64,000 nt of DNA from Alphaproteobacteria bacterium RIFCSPHIGHO2_01_FULL_41_14 (GCA_001767855.1 MEMF01000002.1:168893-232892), one strand, 5' to 3'. Shown: positions 1 to 9,766, numbered from the stretch's first letter. The notes: generated by a model from the sequence alone, not told the origin. Made by a program: numbers and translations.

Positions 1-860
1 CAGGTCTTGCTATTATGGCGATTCTGTCCATTTCTCTTATTCTATTGGCCCTTGTTTCTCCAGTGATAGGATCTGGGGTGGTCATGCTGGCGATGGCGGC
101 GGTGGCTGTTCTGCTGGGGTCGTTGATTACGGGGACGGCTGTTATTAGTTTGGACAACATGCAGGATCTGAAAGCCGGTCAGATTGTTGGGGCTACTCCT
201 TGGAAGCAACAAGCTATGTTGATCGTTGGGGTGTTCGTTTCCGCGTGTATCATGGCGCCTGTTTTGAACGTACTGTTTGAAGCCTACGGCATTGGGGATG
301 TGTTTCCGCGGGAAGGTATGGATGTGGCCCAGTCTTTGACAGCGCCTAAGGCGGCATTGATGGCGGGACTCGCACAGAGTGTCTTTGATCTTTCTTTGGA
401 TTGGAGCCTCATGTCTGTGGGGGTGGGGATTGGGATCTTGTTCATTGGTCTTGATGAGATTTTAAAGAGAACAAGCACATGGCGTATTCCCATATTGGCA
501 GTGGCTGTAGGTATTTACATGCCTCTTGAAATTACGGTGCCTATTCTTATCGGCGGATTGATCTCTTATTTTTCAGAGAGAAAAGTGAACCAATCTAAAA
601 AGGTGCTGGGGAAAGATTTTGAAACGAAAGCACTGCGGGCGGGACAACGGGGCCTGTTGATGGCATCGGGCATTGTCGCTGGAGAAGCGCTGACCGGTCT
701 TCTGATTGCGGTGCTTATTGTCTTTTTCCCTTCGGTTAAAGAAGCCATCTCAGGTCTTGTCGTTTCTGAGGGATTAAAGATGATGATGGGCATGGGGCTT
801 TTTGCCTTTTTATGTTTTTACCTCTTCAAAGTGTCGAGTTCGATGCAAGGTGAGAAGTAA
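1..860 (+). CDS. OPT-family oligopeptide transporter, C-terminal part (5' end lies outside the window)
   Basis: The ORF is open from the window edge and stops at TAA 858-860. It is polytopic and hydrophobic, with the OPT-like conserved stretch QDLKAGQIVGATPWKQ and C-terminal transmembrane helices. Confidence 0.55.
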   Translation, partial: GLAIMAILSISLILLALVSPVIGSGVVMLAMAAVAVLLGSLITGTAVISLDNMQDLKAGQIVGATPWKQQAMLIVGVFVSACIMAPVLNVLFEAYGIGDVFPREGMDVAQSLTAPKAALMAGLAQSVFDLSLDWSLMSVGVGIGILFIGLDEILKRTSTWRIPILAVAVGIYMPLEITVPILIGGLISYFSERKVNQSKKVLGKDFETKALRAGQRGLLMASGIVAGEALTGLLIAVLIVFFPSVKEAISGLVVSEGLKMMMGMGLFAFLCFYLFKVSSSMQGEK

Positions 861-862
861 TC

Positions 863-1264
863 ATGAGCTCAAAGAAGCATCAACCGCCTAGCCAGAGAGG
901 ACTTAAGGTTTCTGAAGAAATCAGGCGGGTTTTGTCCAGCGTTTTTCGTGAAAGTATCTTTTGGGAAGAGGGATTAGAGGCTGTCTCGTTGGCCATTACC
1001 GAAGTGAGAATTAGCCCCGATCTGCGCAATGCGCGGGTTTTTATTCTTCCCCTTAGTGGAAGTAAAGTGAAAGCTTCTCTGATTAAAGACTTAACAAAAG
1101 CAACACCTAAAATTCGCAAGGCCTTAGGGCAAAAATTACAGCTTCGATTGGTTCCTGATCTTACCTTTCAGATCGATAATGCGTTTGAAAATTTTAGCCA
1201 AATTGATTCTTTGCTCAATAATCCCAAGGTTTTAAAAGATATTGAAAAACCAGACACAGAATAA
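863..1264 (+). CDS. rbfA: ribosome-binding factor A
   Basis: 133 aa with RbfA-like sequence (EEIRRVLSSVF...VTEVRISPDLRNARVF). It is the first gene of the conserved rbfA-truB-rpsO-pnp order, with its ATG 2 nt after the upstream stop. Confidence 0.85.
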   Translation: MSSKKHQPPSQRGLKVSEEIRRVLSSVFRESIFWEEGLEAVSLAITEVRISPDLRNARVFILPLSGSKVKASLIKDLTKATPKIRKALGQKLQLRLVPDLTFQIDNAFENFSQIDSLLNNPKVLKDIEKPDTE

Positions 1265-2153
1265 ATACCACGGATGGCTTATTGTGAATAAGTCCTATGG
1301 AATTTCTTCTAACACCGCTTTGCAAAAGGTTAGGCATGTTTTTAATAAAACAAAAGCTGGGCACGTGGGGACATTGGATCCGTTGGCTACAGGTGTGCTG
1401 CCGATTGCTTTGGGAGAGGCGACAAAGCTTATTCCTTTTATGGAAAAAACCACTAAAGTATATGACTTTGAGGTCACTTGGGGAGAGCGACGAACCACAG
1501 ATGATTTAGAGGGAGATATCATTGCTGTTTCTGAAAAAAGGCCAATTCGATCAGATATAGAAGCCTCTCTTTCTCGCTTTTTAGGAGAAATCGATCAGAT
1601 TCCCCCTGTGTATTCAGCAGTGAAAGTTCGGGGAAAAGCAGCCTATGCTTATGCGCGACAACACCGAGATGTTTCTCTTAGATCGAGGAAGGTTTTCATC
1701 GAAGAGCTTGTGTTAACCGAGATTGTTTCCGTAGATAAAGCTAGATTTCGCTTGGTTTGTGGAAGTGGTGTGTATGTGAGAAGCTTGGGTCGAGATTTGG
1801 CCATTCTTTTGGGGACAGAGGGGTATATCTCTTCTTTGCATCGTGTGCAAGTCGGGTGTTTCAATGATGCGCAAGCTGTCCCTTTGCAAAAAATACTTGA
1901 AATGCAAGCACATTCTGAGCTACAACGAGTGGTGCATTCTATGGATGTTGTGCTGGACGACATCCTGGTAGTAGTTTTTGAGGAAGAGATTTGTGACCGT
2001 TTTTACAAAGGTCAATCCTTATCTTTTCACCTGTCAACTCTACCAACATCTATAGAAAGCGTCGTTTTGTGCAAAAGTGCTTCTGGCGATCTATGTGGGA
2101 TTCTTTCCTATAAAGATGGCTTGTTGGCGCCGAAGCGCATGTTTAACCTTTAA
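1242..2153 (+). CDS. truB: tRNA pseudouridine(55) synthase TruB
   Basis: Carries TruB motifs ([33 protein letters not shown]). The start is uncertain. The ORF track uses TTG at 1242, overlapping rbfA by 23 nt, and there is no in-frame ATG near the conserved N-terminus. Confidence 0.85.
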   Translation: MKNQTQNKYHGWLIVNKSYGISSNTALQKVRHVFNKTKAGHVGTLDPLATGVLPIALGEATKLIPFMEKTTKVYDFEVTWGERRTTDDLEGDIIAVSEKRPIRSDIEASLSRFLGEIDQIPPVYSAVKVRGKAAYAYARQHRDVSLRSRKVFIEELVLTEIVSVDKARFRLVCGSGVYVRSLGRDLAILLGTEGYISSLHRVQVGCFNDAQAVPLQKILEMQAHSELQRVVHSMDVVLDDILVVVFEEEICDRFYKGQSLSFHLSTLPTSIESVVLCKSASGDLCGILSYKDGLLAPKRMFNL

Positions 2154-2169
2154 CGCTAAGGAGATAAAG

Positions 2170-2439
2170 ATGTCGATTATAGAAAAAACAAAGCAAAGCA
2201 TCATCAAAGAGTTTAAAACCTCTGAGAAAGATACAGGGTCACCAGAAGTGCAGGTAGCTCTTTTGACCAACCGAATCAGCTCGCTGAGCGATCATATGAA
2301 AAAGAATCCAAAGGATAAGCACTCCGAAAGAGGATTGCTTATCATGGTAGGACATCGTCGCCGATTATTGGACTACTTACGATCCAACTCAACGGAAAGA
2401 TACAAAACGCTTATTCAGACTCTTGGATTGCGTCGTTAA
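2170..2439 (+). CDS. rpsO: 30S ribosomal protein S15
   Basis: 89 aa with the S15 signature ([35 protein letters not shown]). ATG at 2170 is preceded by AAGGAG at 2158-2163. The longer 2077 ORF in the track is a non-functional upstream extension. Confidence 0.9.
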   Translation: MSIIEKTKQSIIKEFKTSEKDTGSPEVQVALLTNRISSLSDHMKKNPKDKHSERGLLIMVGHRRRLLDYLRSNSTERYKTLIQTLGLRR

Positions 2440-2461
2440 TTTATTTAGGAATTTTAATTAA

Positions 2462-4558
2462 ATGGGAACAGTTTTTACTAAAACGATGAACTGGGGGGGG
2501 CGTCCTCTTGTTTTGGAAACCGGACATATGGCGCGACATGCAAATGGTGCGGTTTTGGCAAAGTATGGGGATACAGTTGTTTTGTGCACAGTTGTTGCCC
2601 ACAAAGAGGCCTCTGCAGACGCAAGTTTCTTTCCACTGGGAGTTCACTATCAAGAAAAGTACTATGCTGCTGGCCGGATCCCTGGTGGATTTCTAAAGCG
2701 TGAAGGACGACCGTCGGAAAGAGAGACCTTGGTTTCCCGGCTTATTGATCGGCCTATCCGTCCTTTGTTCCCAGAAGGTTTTAAAAATGAAACCCAAGTT
2801 ATCTGTACAGTTCTAAGTCATGATTTAGAAAACAGTCCAGACATAGTCGCTTTGATTGGAGCTTCTGCTGCTTTAACCCTTTCTGGTATCCCCTTTTTGG
2901 GCCCTATTGGAGGGGCTCGTGTAGGATATATCAACGGTGAATATGTGCTTAACCCTTTATTGGATGATATGTCCACCTCTCGATTAGATTTGATAGTTGC
3001 AGGGACCCATGAGGGCGTTCTTATGGTGGAATCTGAAGCTCAAGAACTTCCCGAAGAGATTATGTTGGGAGCTGTAGAGTTTGGTCACAAGGCTTTTTTG
3101 CCCGTGATTGATCTTATTATCGAGCTGGCAGAAGAGGCCGCAAAAGAGCCGTGGGCATTGATTGAAATGTCTGATTCGGAAAAAGAGCTGCGAGAGAAAG
3201 TAAAAAAACTTTCAGAAAAATCTTTTGAGAAGGCTTACAAGATTAAAGAAAAGAATGTGAGAAAAGATGAAATTGACCGTATTCGGACAGACATTCTGAA
3301 CCAGCTTGAGGATGAAGAGCATTCTGCCATAACCATAGGTGATGCCTTAAAGGCGACGGAACACACAGTAATGCGTTCGATGGTGCTTGATACCAAGAAG
3401 CGTATTGATGGTCGTGATACTGTTACAGTACGCCCCATTTCTTGTGGAATTGGTGTATTGCCCAGGGCACATGGAAGCGCTCTTTTTACACGAGGAGAAA
3501 CACAGGTCTTGTCTGTGAGCACCTTGGGGACTGGTGAAGACGAACAACTGATCGACCTTATTGAAGGAGAGATCAAGGAACCGTTTATGCTCCATTATAA
3601 CTTTCCGCCTTTTTCAGTAGGAGAGACTGGTCGTATAGGTTCCCCGGGTCGTCGTGAAGTGGGACATGGTAAATTGGCGTGGCGTGCGATTCATCCGTTA
3701 TTGCCTTCCAAAGATGACTTTCCTTACACCCTAAGAGCAGTGGCTGAAGTTTTGGAATCCAATGGTTCGTCTTCTATGGCAACAGTTTGTGCCACCTCTC
3801 TGGCGTTGATGGATGCTGGGGTGCCTTTAAAGGGACACATTGCTGGTATCGCGATGGGGCTTATAAAAGAAGGCAAAAATTATGCTGTTCTCACCGATAT
3901 TTTGGGCGATGAAGATGCGCTTGGAGATATGGATTTTAAGGTTGCAGGAACACGCTCTGGGATTACTGCACTTCAAATGGACATCAAGATTACCAGTATT
4001 ACACATGAGATTATGAACATTGCGCTTCGACAAGCGTTAGAGGCGCGTCTTCATATTATTGCGATCATGGAACAAGCCATTAGTGGGTCGAGATCCACTG
4101 TTAATGACAATGCTCCCCAGATCAAAACCATCAAAATTCCTAAAGATAAGATTCGAGAAGTGATCGGTACAGGTGGAAAAGTAATTCGCGATATCTGCGA
4201 AACAACCGGGGTTAAGATCGATATCGAGGACGATGGAACGGTCCGTGTTGCGGCTCTTGATGGACAATCCATTGAGTTGGCTTTAAAGCGCATCTATGAT
4301 ATTACAGCTGAAGCTGAAGTAGGGAAAATCTACACAGGAAAAGTCGTAAAAATCGTAGAATTTGGGGCTTTCATTGATTTCTTGAATACTTCTGGACTTG
4401 TCCATATTAGTGAAATAGACTCGAAAAGAATTGAAAAAGTAGAAGATGTTTTGTCTCTTGGAGATGAAGTTCAGGTGAAGGTTATTGGTATTGATGATCG
4501 TGGAAAAGTAAGATTAAGTATAAAAGCCACTCAGCAAGGAAACAACGACCAAGAATAA
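2462..4558 (+). CDS. pnp: polynucleotide phosphorylase
   Basis: 698 aa containing two RNase PH domains, a KH domain ([20 protein letters not shown]) and an S1 domain at the C-terminus. It lies directly downstream of rpsO as in most bacteria. Confidence 0.95.
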   Translation: MGTVFTKTMNWGGRPLVLETGHMARHANGAVLAKYGDTVVLCTVVAHKEASADASFFPLGVHYQEKYYAAGRIPGGFLKREGRPSERETLVSRLIDRPIRPLFPEGFKNETQVICTVLSHDLENSPDIVALIGASAALTLSGIPFLGPIGGARVGYINGEYVLNPLLDDMSTSRLDLIVAGTHEGVLMVESEAQELPEEIMLGAVEFGHKAFLPVIDLIIELAEEAAKEPWALIEMSDSEKELREKVKKLSEKSFEKAYKIKEKNVRKDEIDRIRTDILNQLEDEEHSAITIGDALKATEHTVMRSMVLDTKKRIDGRDTVTVRPISCGIGVLPRAHGSALFTRGETQVLSVSTLGTGEDEQLIDLIEGEIKEPFMLHYNFPPFSVGETGRIGSPGRREVGHGKLAWRAIHPLLPSKDDFPYTLRAVAEVLESNGSSSMATVCATSLALMDAGVPLKGHIAGIAMGLIKEGKNYAVLTDILGDEDALGDMDFKVAGTRSGITALQMDIKITSITHEIMNIALRQALEARLHIIAIMEQAISGSRSTVNDNAPQIKTIKIPKDKIREVIGTGGKVIRDICETTGVKIDIEDDGTVRVAALDGQSIELALKRIYDITAEAEVGKIYTGKVVKIVEFGAFIDFLNTSGLVHISEIDSKRIEKVEDVLSLGDEVQVKVIGIDDRGKVRLSIKATQQGNNDQE

Positions 4559-4585
4559 TCCTTTAAGGGGAATTGAGGAGGATAT

Positions 4586-5983
4586 ATGAAATCTTTAAAC
4601 CCCATTATGTTGGGGGAGAAAGAAGTTCTTCCTCTGATTGAGGGGGGAAAGGGAATCTCTGTATCTAATGGGGAGAGTTCGGGTGCTTGGGCCGCCGCTG
4701 GCGGGGTGGGGACTTTTTCTGCTGTTAATGCGGATGCTTATGATGAAAATGGAAATCTAATCCCTATTATCTATCATGGACGTACCCGCAGGGAACGTCA
4801 CGAAGAGCTCATTGCCTATGCGATCAAAGGAGGAATTGCTCAAGCTCGCATTGCCCATGATCTTCGGAAAGGTCAAGGACTCCTTAATATGAATGTCTTG
4901 TGGGAAATGGGCGCAGTAGAACCTATTTTGCACGGTATTTTGGATAAGGTTGGCGGTCTTGTAAATGGGATTACGTGTGGGGCAGGTATGCCCTATAAAA
5001 TAGCGGAAATTTCTTCTCAATATAAAATTTATTATTACCCAATCGTTTCTTCGGCTCGAGCTTTCTGGGTGCTTTGGCGTCGGGCCTACCATAAATTTCA
5101 AGATTGGCTTGGGGCCGTTGTCTATGAAGATCCGTGGCTGGCGGGTGGACATAATGGACTAAGCCGTGCAGAAGATGCTGAAAAGCCCGAACCCCCCTTC
5201 GAACGTGTTTTGGCTTTGCGAAACACCATGCGAGAATTTGGATTAGGACATGTTCCCATTATTATGGCAGGAGGGGTATGGTTTTTAAGAGAATGGGTGG
5301 ATTGGATTAATAATCCAGATCTTGGACCTATCGGGTTTCAGTTTGGAACAAGGCCCTTGCTGACCAAGGAAAGTCCCATTTCCGATGCATGGAAGAAAAA
5401 GTTGGTGACTCTTAAAAAGGGAGACATTTTTTTAAATAAGTTTAGCCCCACTGGGTTTTATTCTTCAGCGGTTAATAATAAATTTTTACATAATTTAAAA
5501 GCACGATCTGATCGGCAAGTGGCCTATTCCACAGCACCTGTAAGTGATCATGATCAGCCATTTCCCATTGGTCCTAGGCAACGGTTGGTTTACCTTACAA
5601 AGCAATGCGTAGAGAAGGCCCGCACATGGATTGAGGCCGGATTTAAAGAGGCATTGCGGACACCAGATTCTACTCTTGTTTTTGTGACGTCAGAGGAAGC
5701 GCACCAAATTCATGAGGATCAAGTTAATTGTATGGGGTGTCTCAGTGCCTGTCTCTTTAGTAATTGGTCCCAGAGTCCTGAAGGAACAACGGGCCGCAAA
5801 GCAGATCCCCGGTCTTTTTGTATTCAGAAAACGCTTCAAACCATTTCTCATTCAAGCGATGTGGAAGATCAATTGATGTTTTCCGGGCACAATGGGTATA
5901 GATTTGCCTTAGATCCTTTTTATAAAAATGGGTTTATTCCTTCAGTAAAAGAGCTCTTGGAGCGAATTCAAACAGGAGATTAA
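4586..5983 (+). CDS. FMN-dependent nitronate monooxygenase (NMO / 2-nitropropane dioxygenase)-family TIM-barrel oxidoreductase with a C-terminal extension
   Basis: Strong RBS GAGGAGG precedes the ATG. The N-terminal two-thirds resembles the NMO family (glycine-rich FMN-binding stretches, GITCGAGMPYK, IIMAGGV). The protein is 465 aa versus the usual ~330-360, with a Cys-containing tail (CMGCLSAC). Confidence 0.5.
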   Translation: MKSLNPIMLGEKEVLPLIEGGKGISVSNGESSGAWAAAGGVGTFSAVNADAYDENGNLIPIIYHGRTRRERHEELIAYAIKGGIAQARIAHDLRKGQGLLNMNVLWEMGAVEPILHGILDKVGGLVNGITCGAGMPYKIAEISSQYKIYYYPIVSSARAFWVLWRRAYHKFQDWLGAVVYEDPWLAGGHNGLSRAEDAEKPEPPFERVLALRNTMREFGLGHVPIIMAGGVWFLREWVDWINNPDLGPIGFQFGTRPLLTKESPISDAWKKKLVTLKKGDIFLNKFSPTGFYSSAVNNKFLHNLKARSDRQVAYSTAPVSDHDQPFPIGPRQRLVYLTKQCVEKARTWIEAGFKEALRTPDSTLVFVTSEEAHQIHEDQVNCMGCLSACLFSNWSQSPEGTTGRKADPRSFCIQKTLQTISHSSDVEDQLMFSGHNGYRFALDPFYKNGFIPSVKELLERIQTGD

Positions 5984-5984
5984 A

Positions 5985-6455
5985 GTGAAATTCTGGAGTG
6001 GGGTCATTGTTTTATTTCTCATTTTCGTGGGATATGGGCGAGAGGCTCCTCCGGTTCTTTTTTATAATCTTAAACAGGAAGAAACAAATGTACGCTTTGG
6101 TCCTAGCAACCAATTCCCTGTCAAATTTTCCTTAAAGTGTCGACGATTACCTGTCGAAATCAAACAAGCTCATGAGGAATGGTATAAAATCCAAGATTCC
6201 GAGGGAGAAGAGGGTTGGGTTCATAAGAGGATGGTATTTCCAGGGGCGATCGTTTTGGTTACAAAGAAGATCCCTTTAACAAAAGAAAAAAAAACAAGCT
6301 CAGCAGTTCTAGCTCATCTTTCTAAAGGGGTGTTGGTTAAACTAAAAGAGTGTCATAACCAGCTTTGTCGAGTAGAACTTAAGATTGGCAAGAAATCCCT
6401 CACGGGGTGGGTGCCAGAAAAAAATCTTTGGGGAATTAGTGCTCCTCTCCCTTAA
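5985..6455 (+). CDS. secreted protein with two bacterial SH3-like domains
   Basis: GTG start 1 nt after the NMO stop. It has a signal-peptide-like N-terminus followed by two repeats with SH3b-like W...GWV and GWVP motifs. Confidence 0.45.
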   Translation: MKFWSGVIVLFLIFVGYGREAPPVLFYNLKQEETNVRFGPSNQFPVKFSLKCRRLPVEIKQAHEEWYKIQDSEGEEGWVHKRMVFPGAIVLVTKKIPLTKEKKTSSAVLAHLSKGVLVKLKECHNQLCRVELKIGKKSLTGWVPEKNLWGISAPLP

Positions 6456-6539
6456 AAATATGCCTATTTTTTGAGCAAAACGACAAAGGCTTAACAGGGT
6501 AGTTTCTATTTTTTCAAAAAAGAAGTCTTACTCTCAAAC

Positions 6540-6562
6540 TTATCCACAGAAAGTGTGGATGA
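6540..6562. promoter_or_regulatory. head-to-head pair of DnaA-box-like 9-mers (TTATCCACA and TCATCCACA on the opposite strand) forming a palindrome
   Basis: A perfect DnaA-box consensus TTATCCACA lies at 6540-6548. A one-mismatch box on the minus strand lies at 6554-6562. The core TCCACA-N5-TGTGGA is an inverted repeat, and the site sits inside a very AT-rich 330-bp intergenic region. Confidence 0.4.
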
Positions 6563-6785
6563 TTCTTTCATTTAAAAAAAACAAATAATTATTTAAAAAT
6601 CAGATAATTCAATAGAAAATGTTGCGATAAAAGTAAGTTTACACAAAAAACATGGGGATACGAATATCCCTTATTACTTCTATGTTTTCTATGGTTTCTT
6701 TCTTCTCATGGAAAGCATCTTGGTATGATATCTTAAGCAGAGTACAACATAAAAACTATTCAATCAAAAATAGGAGATATTTAAT

Positions 6786-6953
6786 ATGTCTGTTGGCGAT
6801 CGTATCCAAAGCTTAGAGAATCGTCATGAGCGATTGGATGCAAGGATAAGCAGAGAACAAAGACGTCCTCTGCCTGATGTAGACCTCTTAAGAGAGATGA
6901 AGATCCGCAAGCTTCGCCTCAAGGAAGAGTTGTTCAGTCTTTTATCTAGATAG
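6786..6953 (+). CDS. DUF465 (YdcH-like) small coiled-coil protein
   Basis: 55-aa ORF MSVGDRIQSLENRHERLDARISREQRRPLPDVDLLREMKIRKLRLKEELFSLLSR. It is below the 60-aa cutoff of the ORF track. An AGGAGAT RBS lies 7 nt upstream. The sequence is typical of the alphaproteobacterial DUF465 family. Confidence 0.6.
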   Translation: MSVGDRIQSLENRHERLDARISREQRRPLPDVDLLREMKIRKLRLKEELFSLLSR

Positions 6954-6985
6954 TTTTTGTACTCTCCCTAAATTATTCAACCTTG

Positions 6986-7014
6986 CCGTTTACTTTTAGT
7001 AAACGGTTTTTTTC
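6986..7014 (+). terminator. Rho-independent terminator downstream of the DUF465 gene
   Basis: The stem CCGTTTAC / GTAAACGG (6986-6993 and 6999-7006) has a 5-nt loop and is followed by a T7 run. Confidence 0.55.
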
Positions 7015-7034
7015 TTAATAATTCCATAAAAAAT

Positions 7035-7063
7035 TTGATCCCGTCAAGAGAAAAGTCTAAGAT
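7035..7063 (+). promoter_or_regulatory. sigma70-like promoter candidate for ymdB-yebC-ruvC...
   Basis: TTGATC, a 17-nt spacer, then TAAGAT, ending 25 nt upstream of the ymdB ATG. Confidence 0.35.
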
Positions 7064-7087
7064 GACTTTGAATTTATAAGGCATTTT

Positions 7088-7906
7088 ATGAAGATTTTGA
7101 TGTGCGGAGATATCGTTGGGCGAGCAGGACGGGATGCCATCCTTAAGTATATTCCCTCTCTGAGAAAGCAATGGTCTTTAGATATAGTTGTGGCTAACGG
7201 AGAAAATGCAGCCCATGGGTTTGGTATTACGGAAGCGATTTGTGAAAGCCTTTATAAGGCAGGTGTAGACGTTATTACCACAGGGAATCATATTTGGGAT
7301 CAAAAAGAAATTCTGCCCATTCTTGATAAGGACAAACGTCTTTTAAGACCTCTCAATTATCCCGAAAAATCGCCGGGTCATGGGATGGTGACTGTTGAAG
7401 TGCCAGGAGAAAAAAAAGTTGTCGTTATCAATGTGATGGGGCGCCTTTTCATGGATCCTTTGGATGACCCCTTTGCTGCGTTAGACAAGGCACTTTCTAC
7501 CCATACACTGGGAGGGAGCGTGTCTGCTATTTTGATTGATTTTCATGGAGAAGCATCCTCTGAAAAGATGGCAGCTGGTTATTATGTGGTAAATCGAGCG
7601 ACAGCTCTCGTGGGGACCCATACGCATGTGCCTACCTCTGACACTCGTATAATGCCAGGTGGATTGGCGTATCAAACAGACTTAGGGATGACAGGAGATT
7701 ATGATTCCGTGGTGGGGATGCAGAAAACTGTTCCTATTCAACGATTTACAAAAAAGTATTCCGTAGATCGGCTTGTTCCAGCAGAGGGGGAAGCGACTCT
7801 TTGTGGTCTTTATATAGAAACAGACGATAAGACGGGCAAAGCTATTCTAGCTCGTCCGGTAAGAGTGGGGGGTCTTTTATCCCAAACTGATGATATTGAG
7901 ATATAG
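7088..7906 (+). CDS. ymdB: YmdB-family metallophosphoesterase (2',3'-cyclic-nucleotide phosphodiesterase-like, TIGR00282)
   Basis: Begins MKILMCGDIVGRAGR...NGENAAHGFGIT and contains GNHIWD and DFHGE metal-ligand motifs. Confidence 0.8.
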   Translation: MKILMCGDIVGRAGRDAILKYIPSLRKQWSLDIVVANGENAAHGFGITEAICESLYKAGVDVITTGNHIWDQKEILPILDKDKRLLRPLNYPEKSPGHGMVTVEVPGEKKVVVINVMGRLFMDPLDDPFAALDKALSTHTLGGSVSAILIDFHGEASSEKMAAGYYVVNRATALVGTHTHVPTSDTRIMPGGLAYQTDLGMTGDYDSVVGMQKTVPIQRFTKKYSVDRLVPAEGEATLCGLYIETDDKTGKAILARPVRVGGLLSQTDDIEI

Positions 7907-7927
7907 CAAACGTAAAAGGAAGATTAA

Positions 7928-8674
7928 ATGGCTGGTCATTCCCAATTTAAAAACATTATGTACCGTAAGGGTGCACAGGATGCTAAAAAAGCAAAGACTT
8001 TTACCAAGCTCATTCGAGAGCTTACAGTCTCAGCCCGTCAAGGCCCTGATCCTGAATCAAATCCAAGATTGCGTGCAGCGATTATTGCGGCTCGTCAAGC
8101 GAATATGCCTAAAGATACAATGGATCGTGCCATTGCACGCGGTGCTGGCCCAGCAGACACAGATAATTATGAGGCCGTTCGATATGAGGGGTATGGCCCA
8201 GGCGGGGTTGCTCTTATTGTGGAGGCGCTAACGGACAACCGTAATCGAACAGCGCCAGAAGTTCGAACAGCTTTTTCTAAATTTGGGGGAAGTCTAGGAG
8301 AAACAAACAGCGTCAGTTTTCAGTTTCAACATGTGGGGCAAATCGAATATACGGATATCCCTCTTTCTGTTGAAGCCCTCTTTGATCTGGCCATCGAAGC
8401 AGGGGCTGACGATGTAGTTCAAGAAGAGGGGGGCCATCAAATTTTTTCCGCTGTAAATGACCTTCATAAAGTCAGAGATTTTTTGTCTACAAAACTGGGG
8501 GATCCATCCTCTTGCAAGCTGGTGTGGCGTCCTTTGAATCTGGTAAAGGTAGAAGGAGAGACAGCTCGTTCTCTTTTAAAGTTGATTGACTTATTGGAAG
8601 ATAACGATGATGTGCAGGCTGTGTTCTCGAATTTTGACATTGATCCATCTGCAGTGGAGGGGCTGTTTTCATAG
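7928..8674 (+). CDS. yebC: YebC/PmpR-family transcriptional regulator
   Basis: Begins [31 protein letters not shown], with [19 protein letters not shown]. It sits upstream of ruvC, the classic arrangement. Confidence 0.9.
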   Translation: MAGHSQFKNIMYRKGAQDAKKAKTFTKLIRELTVSARQGPDPESNPRLRAAIIAARQANMPKDTMDRAIARGAGPADTDNYEAVRYEGYGPGGVALIVEALTDNRNRTAPEVRTAFSKFGGSLGETNSVSFQFQHVGQIEYTDIPLSVEALFDLAIEAGADDVVQEEGGHQIFSAVNDLHKVRDFLSTKLGDPSSCKLVWRPLNLVKVEGETARSLLKLIDLLEDNDDVQAVFSNFDIDPSAVEGLFS

Positions 8675-9192
8675 ATATACTCAGAGTTATTGGGATTGAT
8701 CCTGGCTTAAGAATAACAGGATGGGGTATTATTGATCTCAAAGGATCTCATCTAACCCATATTGCTCATGGCATCGTTTGCTCTAAAGAGACCTCCTCTC
8801 TAGGAGATCGATTAAATCAGATTTATGAGCAGTTGAGTAGAATCATTGATACCTATAAGCCTCAAGAGGCTGCGATTGAGGAGGTTTTTGTTAATAAAAA
8901 TCCTGAATCGACCTTAAAGTTGGGAATGGCACGAGGAGTATGCATGCTGGCCCCTTCTCATCAGGGGTTATCTGTGTCAGAATACAGTGCAAATAAAGTA
9001 AAAAAAGCTGTGGTGGGTGTAGGTCATGCCGACAAGAATCAAATGAAGGCGATGATCAATATCCTTCTCCCAGGCTGTTTAGCTGAAAAGGATGCAGCAG
9101 ATGCCCTGGGGGTTGCCATTTGTCATAGCCATTTAAGGAACATGAGAGAGTTAAGTGCCCACCATGATCGCAAAGTTAACTGGAAGCCTTGA
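8671..9192 (+). CDS. ruvC: Holliday junction resolvase RuvC (start codon non-canonical or unknown)
   Basis: Contains RuvC motifs ([39 protein letters not shown]). An in-frame stop lies at 8641-8643, and no ATG, GTG or TTG exists before the catalytic GIDPG. The 5' boundary is therefore a guess at ATA 8671. The track's ATG at 8833 would delete the active-site Asp. Confidence 0.75.
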   Translation: MDILRVIGIDPGLRITGWGIIDLKGSHLTHIAHGIVCSKETSSLGDRLNQIYEQLSRIIDTYKPQEAAIEEVFVNKNPESTLKLGMARGVCMLAPSHQGLSVSEYSANKVKKAVVGVGHADKNQMKAMINILLPGCLAEKDAADALGVAICHSHLRNMRELSAHHDRKVNWKP

Positions 9193-9766
9193 TAGTCGAT
9201 ATGATACGTCCGTTGTGATTGATGTAAACGGTGTAGGATATGCTCTACTCTGTTCACAAAACACTTTACAGGATCTCCCAGGAGAGGGCGCCGCATGCGT
9301 TCTATTTGTAGAACCATTAATTAGATCCGAATCCATCACTTTATTTGGCTTTTCCAGCGAAACTGAACGTTCTGCTTTTAGACTTCTTCTCACCGTTCAG
9401 GGGGTAGGAGGAAAGGTTTGTCTGGCGATTCTGTCGGTCTTGACACCGCTACAGATACAAAACAATATTTTATCTCAAGATCATGTTCCTTTTACCCAAG
9501 CGGATGGTGTGGGTCCTAAGTTGGCCCAGAGAATTGTGCGAGAACTAAAAGATAAGGCGAATTTTTCTGGAGAAAAAAGCAGCTTAAATTCTGCCCTAAA
9601 CACTCCCTCTTCTTTACATCCGGAGGCAGTGTCAGCCCTTATTAATTTAGGGTATAAAAAACAAGATGTTTTGGAAGCGATTCATCGGGTTATGGAAGGG
9701 AAAGATCAATCTTTCTCTTTAGCTCAGATTATTCCTCTGGCTCTTAAACAGTTAGCGGGTACCTAA
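9164..9766 (+). CDS. ruvA: Holliday junction branch migration protein RuvA
   Basis: Begins MIAKLTGSL, with a helix-hairpin-helix pair (QGVGGKVCLAIL) and a C-terminal domain. It overlaps the ruvC 3' end by 29 nt. Confidence 0.9.
   Translation: MIAKLTGSLDSRYDTSVVIDVNGVGYALLCSQNTLQDLPGEGAACVLFVEPLIRSESITLFGFSSETERSAFRLLLTVQGVGGKVCLAILSVLTPLQIQNNILSQDHVPFTQADGVGPKLAQRIVRELKDKANFSGEKSSLNSALNTPSSLHPEAVSALINLGYKKQDVLEAIHRVMEGKDQSFSLAQIIPLALKQLAGT

Noticed and set aside
7890-8231. 113-aa + strand ORF overlapping yebC in another frame
   Set aside because: yebC occupies this interval with strong family motifs. The alternative frame is an Arg/Leu-rich product typical of out-of-frame reads.
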